Source: Candidatus Heimdallarchaeota archaeon
Lineage (GTDB): Archaea; Asgardarchaeota; Heimdallarchaeia; Hodarchaeales; Hodarchaeaceae
NCBI GenBank assembly: GCA_011364965.1
Contig: RDOB01000004.1
Coordinates: 262,036-326,035 of the forward strand
Reading direction: 5' to 3'
Length of the DNA: 64,000 nt
Shown here: one piece after another, positions 9,918-19,697 of the stretch
Layout of the letters: each line of letters begins with the position of its first letter
How positions within the stretch are numbered: the stretch's first letter is position 1
Position numbers and translations under genes: made by a program
Notes under the pieces: generated by a model
Seen by the model: the letters and a program-made list of their open reading frames with translations, nothing else
Told to the model about the DNA's origin: nothing
The model's database searches: none

Positions 9918-10121
9918 ATTTATTCTTATTGTGCTCTAAGATTTCTCAATTTTAACTTTTTTTTTGGCATTAAAAGAATAATTGGTCTGAAAAATGAAAG
10001 AGTTCATTTCTAATTCGGTGATTAATTCCTCCTTGAGTATTTTCATCGATCTTTGATACACGAAAAGAATTAGTAATCTTCTTAAATTTCCTTATTACGA
10101 ATAATTTTCATCGTTATCTCA

Positions 10122-11549
10122 TTGATGGATGATTACCCTTATCTATTTGTTAGAGGATTATTTCTTATGGAGTCTTACGTTCTTAAGCAGGTTCTAAGCT
10201 TATTAGAAAAGTATCATATATGTAATTCGTGCCTAGGGCGCCAATTTGGTAATTTACTTTCAGGTTTAACAAATGAAAGCCGTGGAATGGCATTAAAAAC
10301 AGTTTTGTTGATGGAATGGGAAAATAAATCACGATTAACCTCATTTGAGGAGCCTGTATTGTCTTCATTGTTATCGAAAGATTATGAAATTGGACTAAAA
10401 TCCGTTCAGCGCTATTTTCCGGAAAGCACTCTAAATGAGGCTAAATGTGACATATGCAATGATTATCTCCTTCCAGTAAAATTAGAGAAATTAGCTATAA
10501 GAGCTGTAGATACAGCAGAAGAGCTGGACTTTGGAACGTTCCTTGTAGGATGCATATTCCCTCCAAGTATGCTTGATAAAGAAGATTCGATAAGAAGCAC
10601 ATTCAATTTGGAGTATGGTGAATCGATTAAATCTGAATTTAATCGAGAAGTAGGGAAAAGGATTCAAGCGAGATTACCAGAGATATTAGTTGATTTTAAG
10701 GCACCAGATGTCGTTTTTACATTTGAAGTGGTGGAAGATAGGATTGAGGTAAAAAAGAACCCCTTAATGATTCTCGGTCGGTATAAAAAGTTGACACGTG
10801 GAATTCCTCAATCAAAGTGGCATTGCCGGGTATGCCGCGGCACAGGATGTGAGAGGTGTAACTTTACTGGTAAAATGTATCAAGAATCTGTTGAAGAATT
10901 TGTATCAGAACCAGTTCTTTCAGCAGCAGAAGGAGCTAGTAGTAAATTTCACGGTTCGGGGAGAGAGGATATTGATGCTTTGATGCTTGGAACAGGACGA
11001 CCCTTTGTGTTAGAGATCTCTGAACCACGAAAACGAAGTCTGGACTTTCAGGAACTAGCTTCTATAATAAATAAAAATGCAGAAGGGAAGGTTGAAGTCG
11101 AATTTGAAGGGATTACTGACAGGAGTAAAGTGAGAGAATTAAAAACACGATCTAGTCGAAACTCCAAGGGCTATCGAGCGACCATTGAGTTTGATCAACC
11201 AGTAGATATTAACAATGAGAGAATCCAAGTTTTGGAATCCGAATTAACTGGAAAAATTATCAATCAGCGAACCCCCATACGGGTAGCTCATCGTCGTGCA
11301 GATAAAATTCGCTCAAGGAAAGTTCAGAAGTTTGAAGTTGAAAAAAAAGAACCTAAAGAATGGGTGGTGTACATTATTTGTGAAGGTGGGTTGTACGTTA
11401 AAGAACTAATAAGTGGTGATGAAGGCCGAACTCACCCAAGTCTTTCAGAGCTTTTACAGGTAAATGCAAGGGTTATTGCTCTTGATGTCATGGAAGTATT
11501 TAAATCGCATAATGATTTGGAATATCTCGACACAAATCCTTCCATCTAA
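10122..11549 (+). CDS. pus10: tRNA pseudouridine 54/55 synthase Pus10
   Basis: CNSCLGRQF, FHGSGREDIDALMLGTGRPF, GGLYVKELISGDEGRT. Confidence 0.96.
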   Translation: MMDDYPYLFVRGLFLMESYVLKQVLSLLEKYHICNSCLGRQFGNLLSGLTNESRGMALKTVLLMEWENKSRLTSFEEPVLSSLLSKDYEIGLKSVQRYFPESTLNEAKCDICNDYLLPVKLEKLAIRAVDTAEELDFGTFLVGCIFPPSMLDKEDSIRSTFNLEYGESIKSEFNREVGKRIQARLPEILVDFKAPDVVFTFEVVEDRIEVKKNPLMILGRYKKLTRGIPQSKWHCRVCRGTGCERCNFTGKMYQESVEEFVSEPVLSAAEGASSKFHGSGREDIDALMLGTGRPFVLEISEPRKRSLDFQELASIINKNAEGKVEVEFEGITDRSKVRELKTRSSRNSKGYRATIEFDQPVDINNERIQVLESELTGKIINQRTPIRVAHRRADKIRSRKVQKFEVEKKEPKEWVVYIICEGGLYVKELISGDEGRTHPSLSELLQVNARVIALDVMEVFKSHNDLEYLDTNPSI

Positions 11550-11678
11550 TTAAAACGAGTTTAAAGAAAGGCAAAAATACTGGTGTAAAACTCCATTCTA
11601 CTGGTAGCGCTGCACATAATAGCTCTCCTATGATTCTAGAACTACTGATTTAGCTCACCTTTCTAGGGGTATTATAAG

Positions 11679-11972
11679 ATGGTCAAAAAATCAAAAGGAA
11701 CCAACTTTAGAACACGTAAAATTTTTTCTAAGCATCCTAGAAATCGAGGGTTGCCCTCATTATCTCGAATGCTAGCCACTTATGAAATTAATTCTCAGGT
11801 TAACATTAAAGTAGAACCTAGTATACAAAAGGGAAGACCCCACAGGAGATTTCATGGAAAAACAGGTACTATCATTGCCAAGCGTGGACAATCTTATGTT
11901 ATCAAAGTCGTGGATGGGAATAGCTATAAGACGATTATTTCCCGACCTGAACATTTAACAGCACAGCAATGA
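11679..11972 (+). CDS. rpl21e: 50S ribosomal protein eL21
   Basis: GRPHRRFHGKTGTI...RPEHL. Confidence 0.96.
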   Translation: MVKKSKGTNFRTRKIFSKHPRNRGLPSLSRMLATYEINSQVNIKVEPSIQKGRPHRRFHGKTGTIIAKRGQSYVIKVVDGNSYKTIISRPEHLTAQQ

Positions 11973-11996
11973 CTAAATACGGACTAGTGGCTAGTA

Positions 11997-12404
11997 ATGG
12001 TTAGAAAAATTTTGGAAGAAAAGCCTATTCCCTTAGGCCAGGTGTATGAACTCTTAACTATTCGTGAGGAAGCAGGTATTAACTATGTACAGCGAGTTAC
12101 AGCCCAACATGCAGAAAAATTATCACGAGATGCAGCATATTCGGAAGAAGTTCTCCAAGCTCTCCAAAATGAATTTGGATTATCTCGAATGATAGCGGTA
12201 CAGCTTGTGAATACAAATCCTCGCGTTCCAACAGATGTGAAAGCTGTAGTAGGTACTTCTTTAAGTAAGAACGATATTGAACGATTACTAGAAAGATATC
12301 TGGAATTTGTAGCACAATTATCATCTTTAAAAACAAAAAAAGATGTTTCACAAGAGGAAGAAGAGGAATCAGAAGAATCAGAAGAAGGATTTGAGGATCT
12401 TTAA
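11997..12404 (+). CDS. rpoF: RNA polymerase subunit Rpo4 (RpoF) with acidic tail
   Basis: RKILEEKPIPL..V.ELL...NYVQRVT...AVQLVNTNP pattern; conserved position after eL21. Confidence 0.8.
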   Translation: MVRKILEEKPIPLGQVYELLTIREEAGINYVQRVTAQHAEKLSRDAAYSEEVLQALQNEFGLSRMIAVQLVNTNPRVPTDVKAVVGTSLSKNDIERLLERYLEFVAQLSSLKTKKDVSQEEEEESEESEEGFEDL

Positions 12405-12631
12405 TTTTTAGTGCTCCAATTCTAATTCTAGCAACTTTAAACGTTTTCTTCCCAGAGAAGTTGCTTTTTTTACTTATCTACTTTATTTCCCTTTAGTTAA
12501 CCTAAGTAATTTAACTATAAAATCAAATAAATATATGTACGATAGATTAGCAAACGGGCTATTTAATAAAAGTTCATTTCAAATAGGGTGTTTTAACGTG
12601 AGTAGCGGACGAAATACGTTTTCTAGTCTTT

Positions 12632-12707
12632 GGGTAGGTAGTCTAGCTTGGTTTATGATACTGGTTTCGGGAATCAGTGGTCGAGGGTTCAAATCCCTTC
12701 CTACCCA
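12632..12707 (+). tRNA. tRNA-Pro(CGG), no intron
   Basis: GGGTAGG/CCTACCC-A; CTGGT-TTCGGGA-ATCAG; GAGGG-TTCAAAT-CCCTT. Confidence 0.93.
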
Positions 12708-12775
12708 TTTTAATATTATTATCTTTCTGTTTTTCACTGAGTTCTACACATAGTAGTTGACGTGAGGTTAAGCTA

Positions 12776-13309
12776 ATTACTGAGATAAAGGAGTATCCTA
12801 ATTATAAAGAGTGTATTACATTACTTCATTCCTATTCCACCCCTGATAACGTCATCGACCACCTAATATTGACCGCTCAAAAAGCAATAATTATTAGTAA
12901 GATTTTAAAGGCAAAAACCGTAAAAATTGATTGCAATTTAATTTTAGCTGGTGCTTTATTGCATGATCTTGGCCGATGTCAATCTCACGAATTAGATCAT
13001 GCGATAATCGGAGCAGACATTCTTCGGAAGCTTAATTACCCCACCTGTCTGTGTCAGCTTGTTGAAAATCATCTTCTTGCTGGAATTAAAAAAGAGGAAG
13101 CTAGTGAACTCGGACTACCAGAAAAGGATTTTATCCCCTTATCTTTAGAGGAAAAAATTGTTTCTTACTCCGATAATATTTCTAAGAATAATATTCCTTT
13201 AACTACTAATGAAGTTATCTCCAAATACAGAAAATATTATGATGAGTTCCATCCGATTCTCAATCGGATTAAATCTCTGCATGACGAAATTGAATCTCTT
13301 TTGCAATAA
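12776..13309 (+). CDS. HD/HDIG-domain phosphohydrolase (archaeal conserved family)
   Basis: GALLHDLGR, HAIIGA..L, EEKIVSYSD. The frame is open upstream of the track start (12869) and encodes the first His of the HD motif; probable ATT start. Confidence 0.85.
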   Translation: MTEIKEYPNYKECITLLHSYSTPDNVIDHLILTAQKAIIISKILKAKTVKIDCNLILAGALLHDLGRCQSHELDHAIIGADILRKLNYPTCLCQLVENHLLAGIKKEEASELGLPEKDFIPLSLEEKIVSYSDNISKNNIPLTTNEVISKYRKYYDEFHPILNRIKSLHDEIESLLQ

Positions 13310-13348
13310 AATAATAATTTTATGAACGATTAAAGGTGAGACTGTAAA

Positions 13349-14332
13349 TTGAGAACAATACCTTCTTTTGATCAATTTTTAGCCTTTATCAAATCCTTTG
13401 AAGGTAAGTGCCTTCTAATAACTCATGAACAGGCTGATTTGGATGCCATCGGTTCTTTGATTGGATTTACTTCATTTATTAGAAAATTGAACCCTAGTTT
13501 AGAGATAATCATTCCTGAACCACAAATAAGTATTTTATCTCAAAAGCTTCTCCAAACCGTTCGGTTTAACTTCCATGAATGGAATGAACATAAACCGCGT
13601 CCCACAGCTATTTTTTTGCTCGATACCAATGTTTATGATGAATCACGATACCCCGAATATGATCAGGTAATAATTATTGACCATCATGTTCCAAATCCAT
13701 CTTATAGCAATTTATTGTTTGATTATCAGCTTGAAGATTTTAATTCAACCACTGAAATAATCACGTGTTTTTATTATCATGCTAATTTTTCACTTGATAA
13801 CGAAATAGCGAAAAGTTTGCTAGCAGGTATAATTTTTGACTCACGGAGATTTGTTTTCTCAGATGAAGATCTTTTCGATTGCGTTCGTTATCTTTTAGAA
13901 AACTGTCCTGATTGTTATCGTGAGGTTATCTCCCTAACAACTAAAAATCGAGAGTATTCTGAAAAAATTGCTTGTATTAAAGCAGCTCAGCGATCAAAGC
14001 GAATTATGTTGGGAAAATACATAATCTTATTTTCACACGTTAGTTCTTATGAAGCATCTGCTGCTCGATCCCTCATCTTTTTAGGGGCAGATTTAGCGAT
14101 TGTTGTAGCTTTACGAGAAGATTCCACAAGAATTAGCATGAGAGCTACACCTGATTTTGTTTCTCAAACTGGTCTATCATTAGGAGGATCGATTATTCCC
14201 CTATTGATCGATAAATTTGGTGGAATAGGAGGAGGACATGATGGAGCAGCTGGATTTAACACAATTAAATTGAGCTTAAAGGATGTTAGTGACTATTTAA
14301 TTCAAATTATTAAAAAAAAGTTGTCTTATTGA
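13349..14332 (+). CDS. DHH/DHHA1 phosphoesterase
   Basis: THEQADLDAIGS, IIDHH, GGGHDGAAG. Confidence 0.9.
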   Translation: MRTIPSFDQFLAFIKSFEGKCLLITHEQADLDAIGSLIGFTSFIRKLNPSLEIIIPEPQISILSQKLLQTVRFNFHEWNEHKPRPTAIFLLDTNVYDESRYPEYDQVIIIDHHVPNPSYSNLLFDYQLEDFNSTTEIITCFYYHANFSLDNEIAKSLLAGIIFDSRRFVFSDEDLFDCVRYLLENCPDCYREVISLTTKNREYSEKIACIKAAQRSKRIMLGKYIILFSHVSSYEASAARSLIFLGADLAIVVALREDSTRISMRATPDFVSQTGLSLGGSIIPLLIDKFGGIGGGHDGAAGFNTIKLSLKDVSDYLIQIIKKKLSY

Positions 14333-14333
14333 C

Positions 14334-14645
14334 TTAAAACAAGAATTCATCTCTTATAAAATCATATTCTGATTTTGAAAGATAAAAAGTATCAAATTTA
14401 TTTTTGTTAATTGCTATTTTTACTGCTAAGTTATGTTTGCATTGCGGAATTACATCATTCAAATGTAAATCTTTCTGAAAGTCATAACAACGACACCATT
14501 GAGGTTCTGTGATAATAAGATAGTTTCTTGAGTTTCCTACCACGATCCAGCGTTCAAATAAATCGTCAATTATATATTTTTTAACACTGTCTGTCTTAAC
14601 TAGTTTTTCTGCATCTTGTAGCCTACTGGTGATTTCTGATGTCAC
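14334..14645 (-). CDS. SWIM zinc-finger protein
   Basis: WIVVG...CRCYDF...CKHNLAV. Confidence 0.8.
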   Translation of the reverse strand: MTSEITSRLQDAEKLVKTDSVKKYIIDDLFERWIVVGNSRNYLIITEPQWCRCYDFQKDLHLNDVIPQCKHNLAVKIAINKNKFDTFYLSKSEYDFIRDEFLF

Positions 14646-15226
14646 TATTGTTTCACCAGTTGCAATAAATAATCTATTCCAGCTAGCAAGTCCTCAGAGT
14701 GTGATAATTCAGTTTTCAAATCCATTAATCTTTGCTGATAGGCATCTTCCTCCATCCCTTCAATCTCCTTCCTAATTGAAAGCTCTTCGATACTGTATCT
14801 TAATGTCTTAGCTCCCTTGGTTGCTTGTTGTTTAAGTTCCGTGAATCTTTGTAATATCTGATTAATTTCATTTGCGAGTGTTGTTCGTTCATCAAGATAT
14901 TCATTTTTTAAAGATTCAAATACTTCAGTTTGTATCTGCCCTCGTTTTTCATTTAGTCGTGTAAGTCTTTCTTGAACCTCATTTTGCTTAGCAATCAAGG
15001 TAGAAAGTGGAAATTTAATCTCTCCTAATCCATCTCTTGTAGTTTTTAAGTATTTAATCTTCTCTTCTAAGTTTTTTAAGTCTTTGGAGTAATCTATATC
15101 TTCAATTTCTGATCGAATCTTGAGCTTTTCATATTTTACTTCGAGGTCCTCTAATTCAGTTTCAATTTTTGCTCTTTCCACAATTAACTTTATTGTTTCT
15201 GGGGTTAAATCTAATTCAGCGGTCAT
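14645..15226 (-). CDS. Coiled-coil protein, CdvA-like helical domain
   Basis: RLTRLNEKRGQIQTEVFESLKNEY...IEELSIRKEIEGMEEDAY pattern resembles the CdvA-like coiled coil. Confidence 0.55.
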   Translation of the reverse strand: MTAELDLTPETIKLIVERAKIETELEDLEVKYEKLKIRSEIEDIDYSKDLKNLEEKIKYLKTTRDGLGEIKFPLSTLIAKQNEVQERLTRLNEKRGQIQTEVFESLKNEYLDERTTLANEINQILQRFTELKQQATKGAKTLRYSIEELSIRKEIEGMEEDAYQQRLMDLKTELSHSEDLLAGIDYLLQLVKQ

Positions 15227-15501
15227 TTCTCTGATTTCCTCAATTCCAGCTCATTTTATAAGTTATAGTGGTTTAATCACAAAATCTTTGACTTTAATAA
15301 TTTTCTTTTGCGGATCTTATTTTCCTGTTAAATCTTCCCTTTGTTGAAATTTTTCATATCTTATTCCATATTAAGGAAAATAAATGTCCTATAGGCAAAT
15401 TAACTTGTCTAAATTCAGATTGAGATTTTAATTGTTGAAACACTAAAATACACAAATAAAATAAATTTCCATATTTTCTGGTTGAATAGAAATATATCTC
15501 T

Positions 15502-17301
15502 GTGAAGGATTGTAGATTGTCAACTAATGTCCAAGAAGGGAAGATTGTAAAGATTTCGGGTCCCGTTGTAGAGATAAGTGGAATGAATCGGGCCCAACTT
15601 TATGAAATCGTCAGAGTAGGGGAAGAACAGCTAATAGGAGAAATAATCCGAATTAGAAAAACTGGAGATAGACATATCTCGACCGCACAAGTGTATGAAG
15701 AAACTACAGGCCTGAAACCACGTGAAATAGCGATTGCTACTGGACAACCTCTAAGTGCAGACCTCGCACCTGGGTTAATAACTCAAATATATGATGGAAT
15801 TCAGCGACCACTTCCTGCGCTTCAATTAGATACAGGAGATTTCATTACTAGAGGTGTTACGATAAAAGCCTTAGATTTCGATAAAGACTGGGATTTTAAA
15901 CCTTTAATAAATGTCGGAGATCCTGTTCAAGGAGGAAATTTTCTAGGAGAGGTCAAAGAATCACGTTTAGTGAACCATCGAATTATGGTTCCACCTAATT
16001 TAGGAAAAGGAAAAATCAAGTCTATTCTAGACCCAGGAAAATATACTATTGCGGAAACTATAGCTCAAATAGACATAAATGGACGAACACATTCAATATC
16101 AATGCATCAATCATGGCCTGTGAGAATCCCGCGTCCATTTCTCCAAAAATTAGAGGCAAATATTCCCCTTATAACGGGTCAACGCATTTTTGATACTTTC
16201 TTCCCAATCGCTAAGGGAGGTGTGGCAGCTATTCCAGGAGGTTTCGGGACTGGTAAAACGGTCAGTCAGCATCAATTAGCTAAGTGGTCTGATGCTACTG
16301 TAGTAGTTTATGTAGGCTGCGGTGAACGCGGAAATGAAATGGCTGAGGTCTTAAAGGAATTCCCACATTTAGAAGATCCTCGGTCTGGGGAACAATTAAT
16401 GCAGAGAACTGTTTTAATTGCAAACACTTCTAATATGCCTGTTGCTGCGCGAGAAGCCTCAATTTATCTTGGAATTACCATTGCTGAATACTACAGAGAT
16501 ATGGGATATGATGTTGCACTTATGGCAGACTCGACCAGCCGTTGGGCAGAAGCATTAAGAGAAATATCAGGTCGTCTAGAGGAGATGCCAGGGGAAGAAG
16601 GATATCCAGCTTATTTAGCATCGAGAACTGCTGAATTCTACGAACGTGCAGGAAGAGTACAAACATTATCAGGGATAAAAGCTAGTATTTCAGCTATTGG
16701 AGCAGTTTCTCCAGCAGGTGGGGATTTTTCGGAACCTGTGACTCAAAATACTCTTAAAACAGTCAGAGTATTTTGGGCCCTAAGCTATCCATTGGCTCGA
16801 TCGCGTCATTTTCCCGCAATCTCTTGGTTAGAAAGTTATAGTTTGTATATAGAGTCTTTATCCGAATGGTACCAGAAGAATATTGCCCCGAACTTCATGA
16901 AATTACGTGAAGAAGCAATGTCTATTCTGCAGAAAGAAAAAGAGCTTCAGGATATTGTACAGCTGATCGGACCAGATGCTTTACCTGAATCTGAAAAAAT
17001 AGTTCTGATGGCAGCAAAAATGATTCGGGAAGATTTTCTTCAACAAAATGCTTATTCTGAAGATTCTTATTGTGATCTGAGTAAGCAGTACAGAATGTTG
17101 AATTTAATAATGCAATTCTATTATAAAATGCGAGAAAATCACGATGCAGGAGTTCAATTCGAACAAATGACATCTCTTTCCATTCTAGGGGATATTGCAA
17201 GATTAAAATGGGCTTTAGATAAGGAATTTTCTGGATTATATAACGAATGTTTAGATTTCATTCAAAAACGTATGGAACCAATTAATTTTGGGATTGCGTA
17301 G
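15502..17301 (+). CDS. atpA: A/V-type ATP synthase catalytic subunit A
   Basis: PGGFGTGKT, GCGERGNEM, ANTSNMPVAAREAS, EEMPGEEGYPAYL; normal length, so no intein. Confidence 0.97.
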   Translation: MKDCRLSTNVQEGKIVKISGPVVEISGMNRAQLYEIVRVGEEQLIGEIIRIRKTGDRHISTAQVYEETTGLKPREIAIATGQPLSADLAPGLITQIYDGIQRPLPALQLDTGDFITRGVTIKALDFDKDWDFKPLINVGDPVQGGNFLGEVKESRLVNHRIMVPPNLGKGKIKSILDPGKYTIAETIAQIDINGRTHSISMHQSWPVRIPRPFLQKLEANIPLITGQRIFDTFFPIAKGGVAAIPGGFGTGKTVSQHQLAKWSDATVVVYVGCGERGNEMAEVLKEFPHLEDPRSGEQLMQRTVLIANTSNMPVAAREASIYLGITIAEYYRDMGYDVALMADSTSRWAEALREISGRLEEMPGEEGYPAYLASRTAEFYERAGRVQTLSGIKASISAIGAVSPAGGDFSEPVTQNTLKTVRVFWALSYPLARSRHFPAISWLESYSLYIESLSEWYQKNIAPNFMKLREEAMSILQKEKELQDIVQLIGPDALPESEKIVLMAAKMIREDFLQQNAYSEDSYCDLSKQYRMLNLIMQFYYKMRENHDAGVQFEQMTSLSILGDIARLKWALDKEFSGLYNECLDFIQKRMEPINFGIA

Positions 17302-17306
17302 TTACG

Positions 17307-17942
17307 ATGGTATTTCTAGCTAATGGGCATCAGATTGGATCACTAGCCTTAATCACTCTATTTCCTGTGATCTTAGTGTATTCTCTAGTATTTCCATTCC
17401 TAGGAATACTAGTGCCAGTTTTATTCCTAGGATTATGTTTTCACCTATTTTTTTATCGAGATCCAGAACGAGAAATTAAATTCGAAGATTTAATGGTATA
17501 TTCTCCGGCCAATGGCAAAGTTTTTGAAGTAGATCCTAATAAAAATGTTGTACGAATACGAATGACGCTTTTAGATGTACATGTCACTCGTATGCCAGTT
17601 TCAGGGAGAATTAAGGAAATAAGGAGACAAAAAGGGAAATACTGGCCATTTCTGCTAAATCTTTATAGAGGAACGGTCGAAAATACAAGACAACACATCA
17701 CACTTGAAACAAAACATGGTGAGATTGAACTAATTCAAATTGCAGGTATGATAGCTCGCAAAATTGAGTGCTATCACGAAGAAGAAACTTTTCTTGAGCA
17801 AGGAGAAAGGCTAGGCATTATCCATTATGGTAGTGAAGTTGATCTATTTTTACCAAGTAATAAATATGAAATAATTGTTCAAAAGGGAATTAAAACTGTC
17901 GCTGGAATGACCCCAATAGCGAAATATTCAAACAAAACATGA
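17307..17942 (+). CDS. psd: Archaetidyl/phosphatidylserine decarboxylase proenzyme
   Basis: FFYRDPER, SPANGKV, DVHVTRMP, YGSEVD self-cleavage site. Confidence 0.9.
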   Translation: MVFLANGHQIGSLALITLFPVILVYSLVFPFLGILVPVLFLGLCFHLFFYRDPEREIKFEDLMVYSPANGKVFEVDPNKNVVRIRMTLLDVHVTRMPVSGRIKEIRRQKGKYWPFLLNLYRGTVENTRQHITLETKHGEIELIQIAGMIARKIECYHEEETFLEQGERLGIIHYGSEVDLFLPSNKYEIIVQKGIKTVAGMTPIAKYSNKT

Positions 17943-17964
17943 TTCAAACTTTAGGTGCGGAGAT

Positions 17965-18711
17965 TTGACGACCATCAATAAATATATAGTTATTGCGTTT
18001 ATTTTTACTGGATTAAACGCGGTTTGCGGATTGATTGGTATTATTGTGTCTATTTATCCCATATTTGCGTCAATTTATTTGCCTATGCAAATGATTATTT
18101 TGGGAGCAATCTTTGATTTTCTTGATGGAAAAATTGCCAAAAAATCTCCTGTTGAATTCAATTTAGGTATTTATTTAGATTCTCTTGGAGATATAATTTC
18201 TTTTGCTATACTTCCTGGCATAATGCTGTTAAATGCTCCTCTATTTGGAGTTGAACTTAAAGAATTGTCTTTGATATTTCAACTTGGAATAGCAGGATTT
18301 TATACATTATGTGGATGGGCAAGATTGATACGATTCTCTTTTCAACCGACTTTTAATTATTTTGAGGGATTTCCTTCTCCAGCTGCAGCATTACTAGTTG
18401 GTACTTGCGCAATTTTATCACAATTTCCTGAAATGCATTGGTTATTTTGGCCGAATGGAGTTATTCTTTCAATTATAGCAATATTAACTGGTGTAAATAT
18501 GGTTAATATGATAAAGTATCCCACTCCGAAACGTCAGATGAGATCTGATACAATATTTATTATTATTGCAGGAGTCATAGTACTGATTTTCTTTTTCCTT
18601 CCAGCTTTGCTGTCACTAATTGGAATTCTTGTTATCTCAATAGTTTATACCATTCTTGGTCCCTATTATTTCAGTACTACAGAAAAAACCAAATTAAGTC
18701 ATCTAAGTTAA
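17965..18711 (+). CDS. pssA: CDP-alcohol phosphatidyltransferase (archaetidylserine synthase, PssA-like)
   Basis: DFLDGKIAK...GIYLDSLGD motif, ARL.RF, FEGFPSPAAA; adjacent to psd. Confidence 0.88.
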   Translation: MTTINKYIVIAFIFTGLNAVCGLIGIIVSIYPIFASIYLPMQMIILGAIFDFLDGKIAKKSPVEFNLGIYLDSLGDIISFAILPGIMLLNAPLFGVELKELSLIFQLGIAGFYTLCGWARLIRFSFQPTFNYFEGFPSPAAALLVGTCAILSQFPEMHWLFWPNGVILSIIAILTGVNMVNMIKYPTPKRQMRSDTIFIIIAGVIVLIFFFLPALLSLIGILVISIVYTILGPYYFSTTEKTKLSHLS

Positions 18712-19599
18712 GGTATCCATTACAATTCTGGTTAATGTATCTTGAACTTTGGACGTTTGATAGAGAGATTGTATAAATTGATTCAAATCGCTGATTTTTT
18801 CATGTCTAGTCTTAAGTAGTAAAGAATATTCCTGATTAGTTCGATATATATCCACAACACGATCATCAGTCAAACAATGAACAATTACTGGATCGTAATG
18901 ACCCAATGGGGCCTTAACTTCAACATACGCATGTATAAAATTTTTATCCCAATAATCAGTGTGTATCGTGAACCCTAAAATTACTCCCTCTTTTTTCCAT
19001 TTATTCATTTGACGTGAAATAGTGGGTTGAGACTTATTGAGGGAATTAGCCATTTTTCGTGTAGATGGAGGAAATAGACTGGTTTTCCCAAGATTTTGTA
19101 TTGTTTTGAGTCTAAGAAGTTCACTTCTTTTTAAAGGATGAAAGGTTTCAGGTACTAAGAATCCCCGTTCTTTATGAAGTTTGATAACTTCTATAAACTG
19201 ATATTTTTGAAACCCAGTCTCTCCAATTAATCCATAGAGATATTCCAGTGAGGAGAGAAAGGAATTTGTATTTGGATAATAAAATCGACCTATAAGTGAA
19301 TACTCCCCAGTTATTCCTTCCAGTGTAGAGAGAGTGTTACGATCATAATTCGTTAGTAACTCTGAAACTATACGAGGTTCATTTGGATTAGTTTTTAATA
19401 ACAAAAAAAAGATTCTCTGCTGAAATGAATGGGGATTGAGAGCAATTTGCCACGACTGAATGATTCCTGTTTCTTTCATAATTTTTATTCGCTTTTTAAC
19501 CTGTTTAGGGGTAAATTCTAGGCTTTCTGTTATTCCACGAAGTGACAAAGAAGATCTATTTCTAAGTAAATTAAGTATCTCTAAATCTTGTTCATACAT
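18703..19599 (-). CDS. Tandem (double) Lrp/AsnC-family regulator
   Basis: Two HTH + RAM units (ITGEYSL...; YRTNQEYSLLLK). Confidence 0.8.
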   Translation of the reverse strand: MYEQDLEILNLLRNRSSLSLRGITESLEFTPKQVKKRIKIMKETGIIQSWQIALNPHSFQQRIFFLLLKTNPNEPRIVSELLTNYDRNTLSTLEGITGEYSLIGRFYYPNTNSFLSSLEYLYGLIGETGFQKYQFIEVIKLHKERGFLVPETFHPLKRSELLRLKTIQNLGKTSLFPPSTRKMANSLNKSQPTISRQMNKWKKEGVILGFTIHTDYWDKNFIHAYVEVKAPLGHYDPVIVHCLTDDRVVDIYRTNQEYSLLLKTRHEKISDLNQFIQSLYQTSKVQDTLTRIVMDTLT

Positions 19600-19697
19600 T
19601 CATCTTCAAATGTATCATAATAAATAATATATTATATATTTTTGCTTAATGATAGCTTTTTTCAAGAAAAAATGAATTTAAATTATATTCAAGATTA

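Noticed and set aside
12535-12753. 72-aa ORF
   Set aside because: It overlaps tRNA-Pro; spurious.
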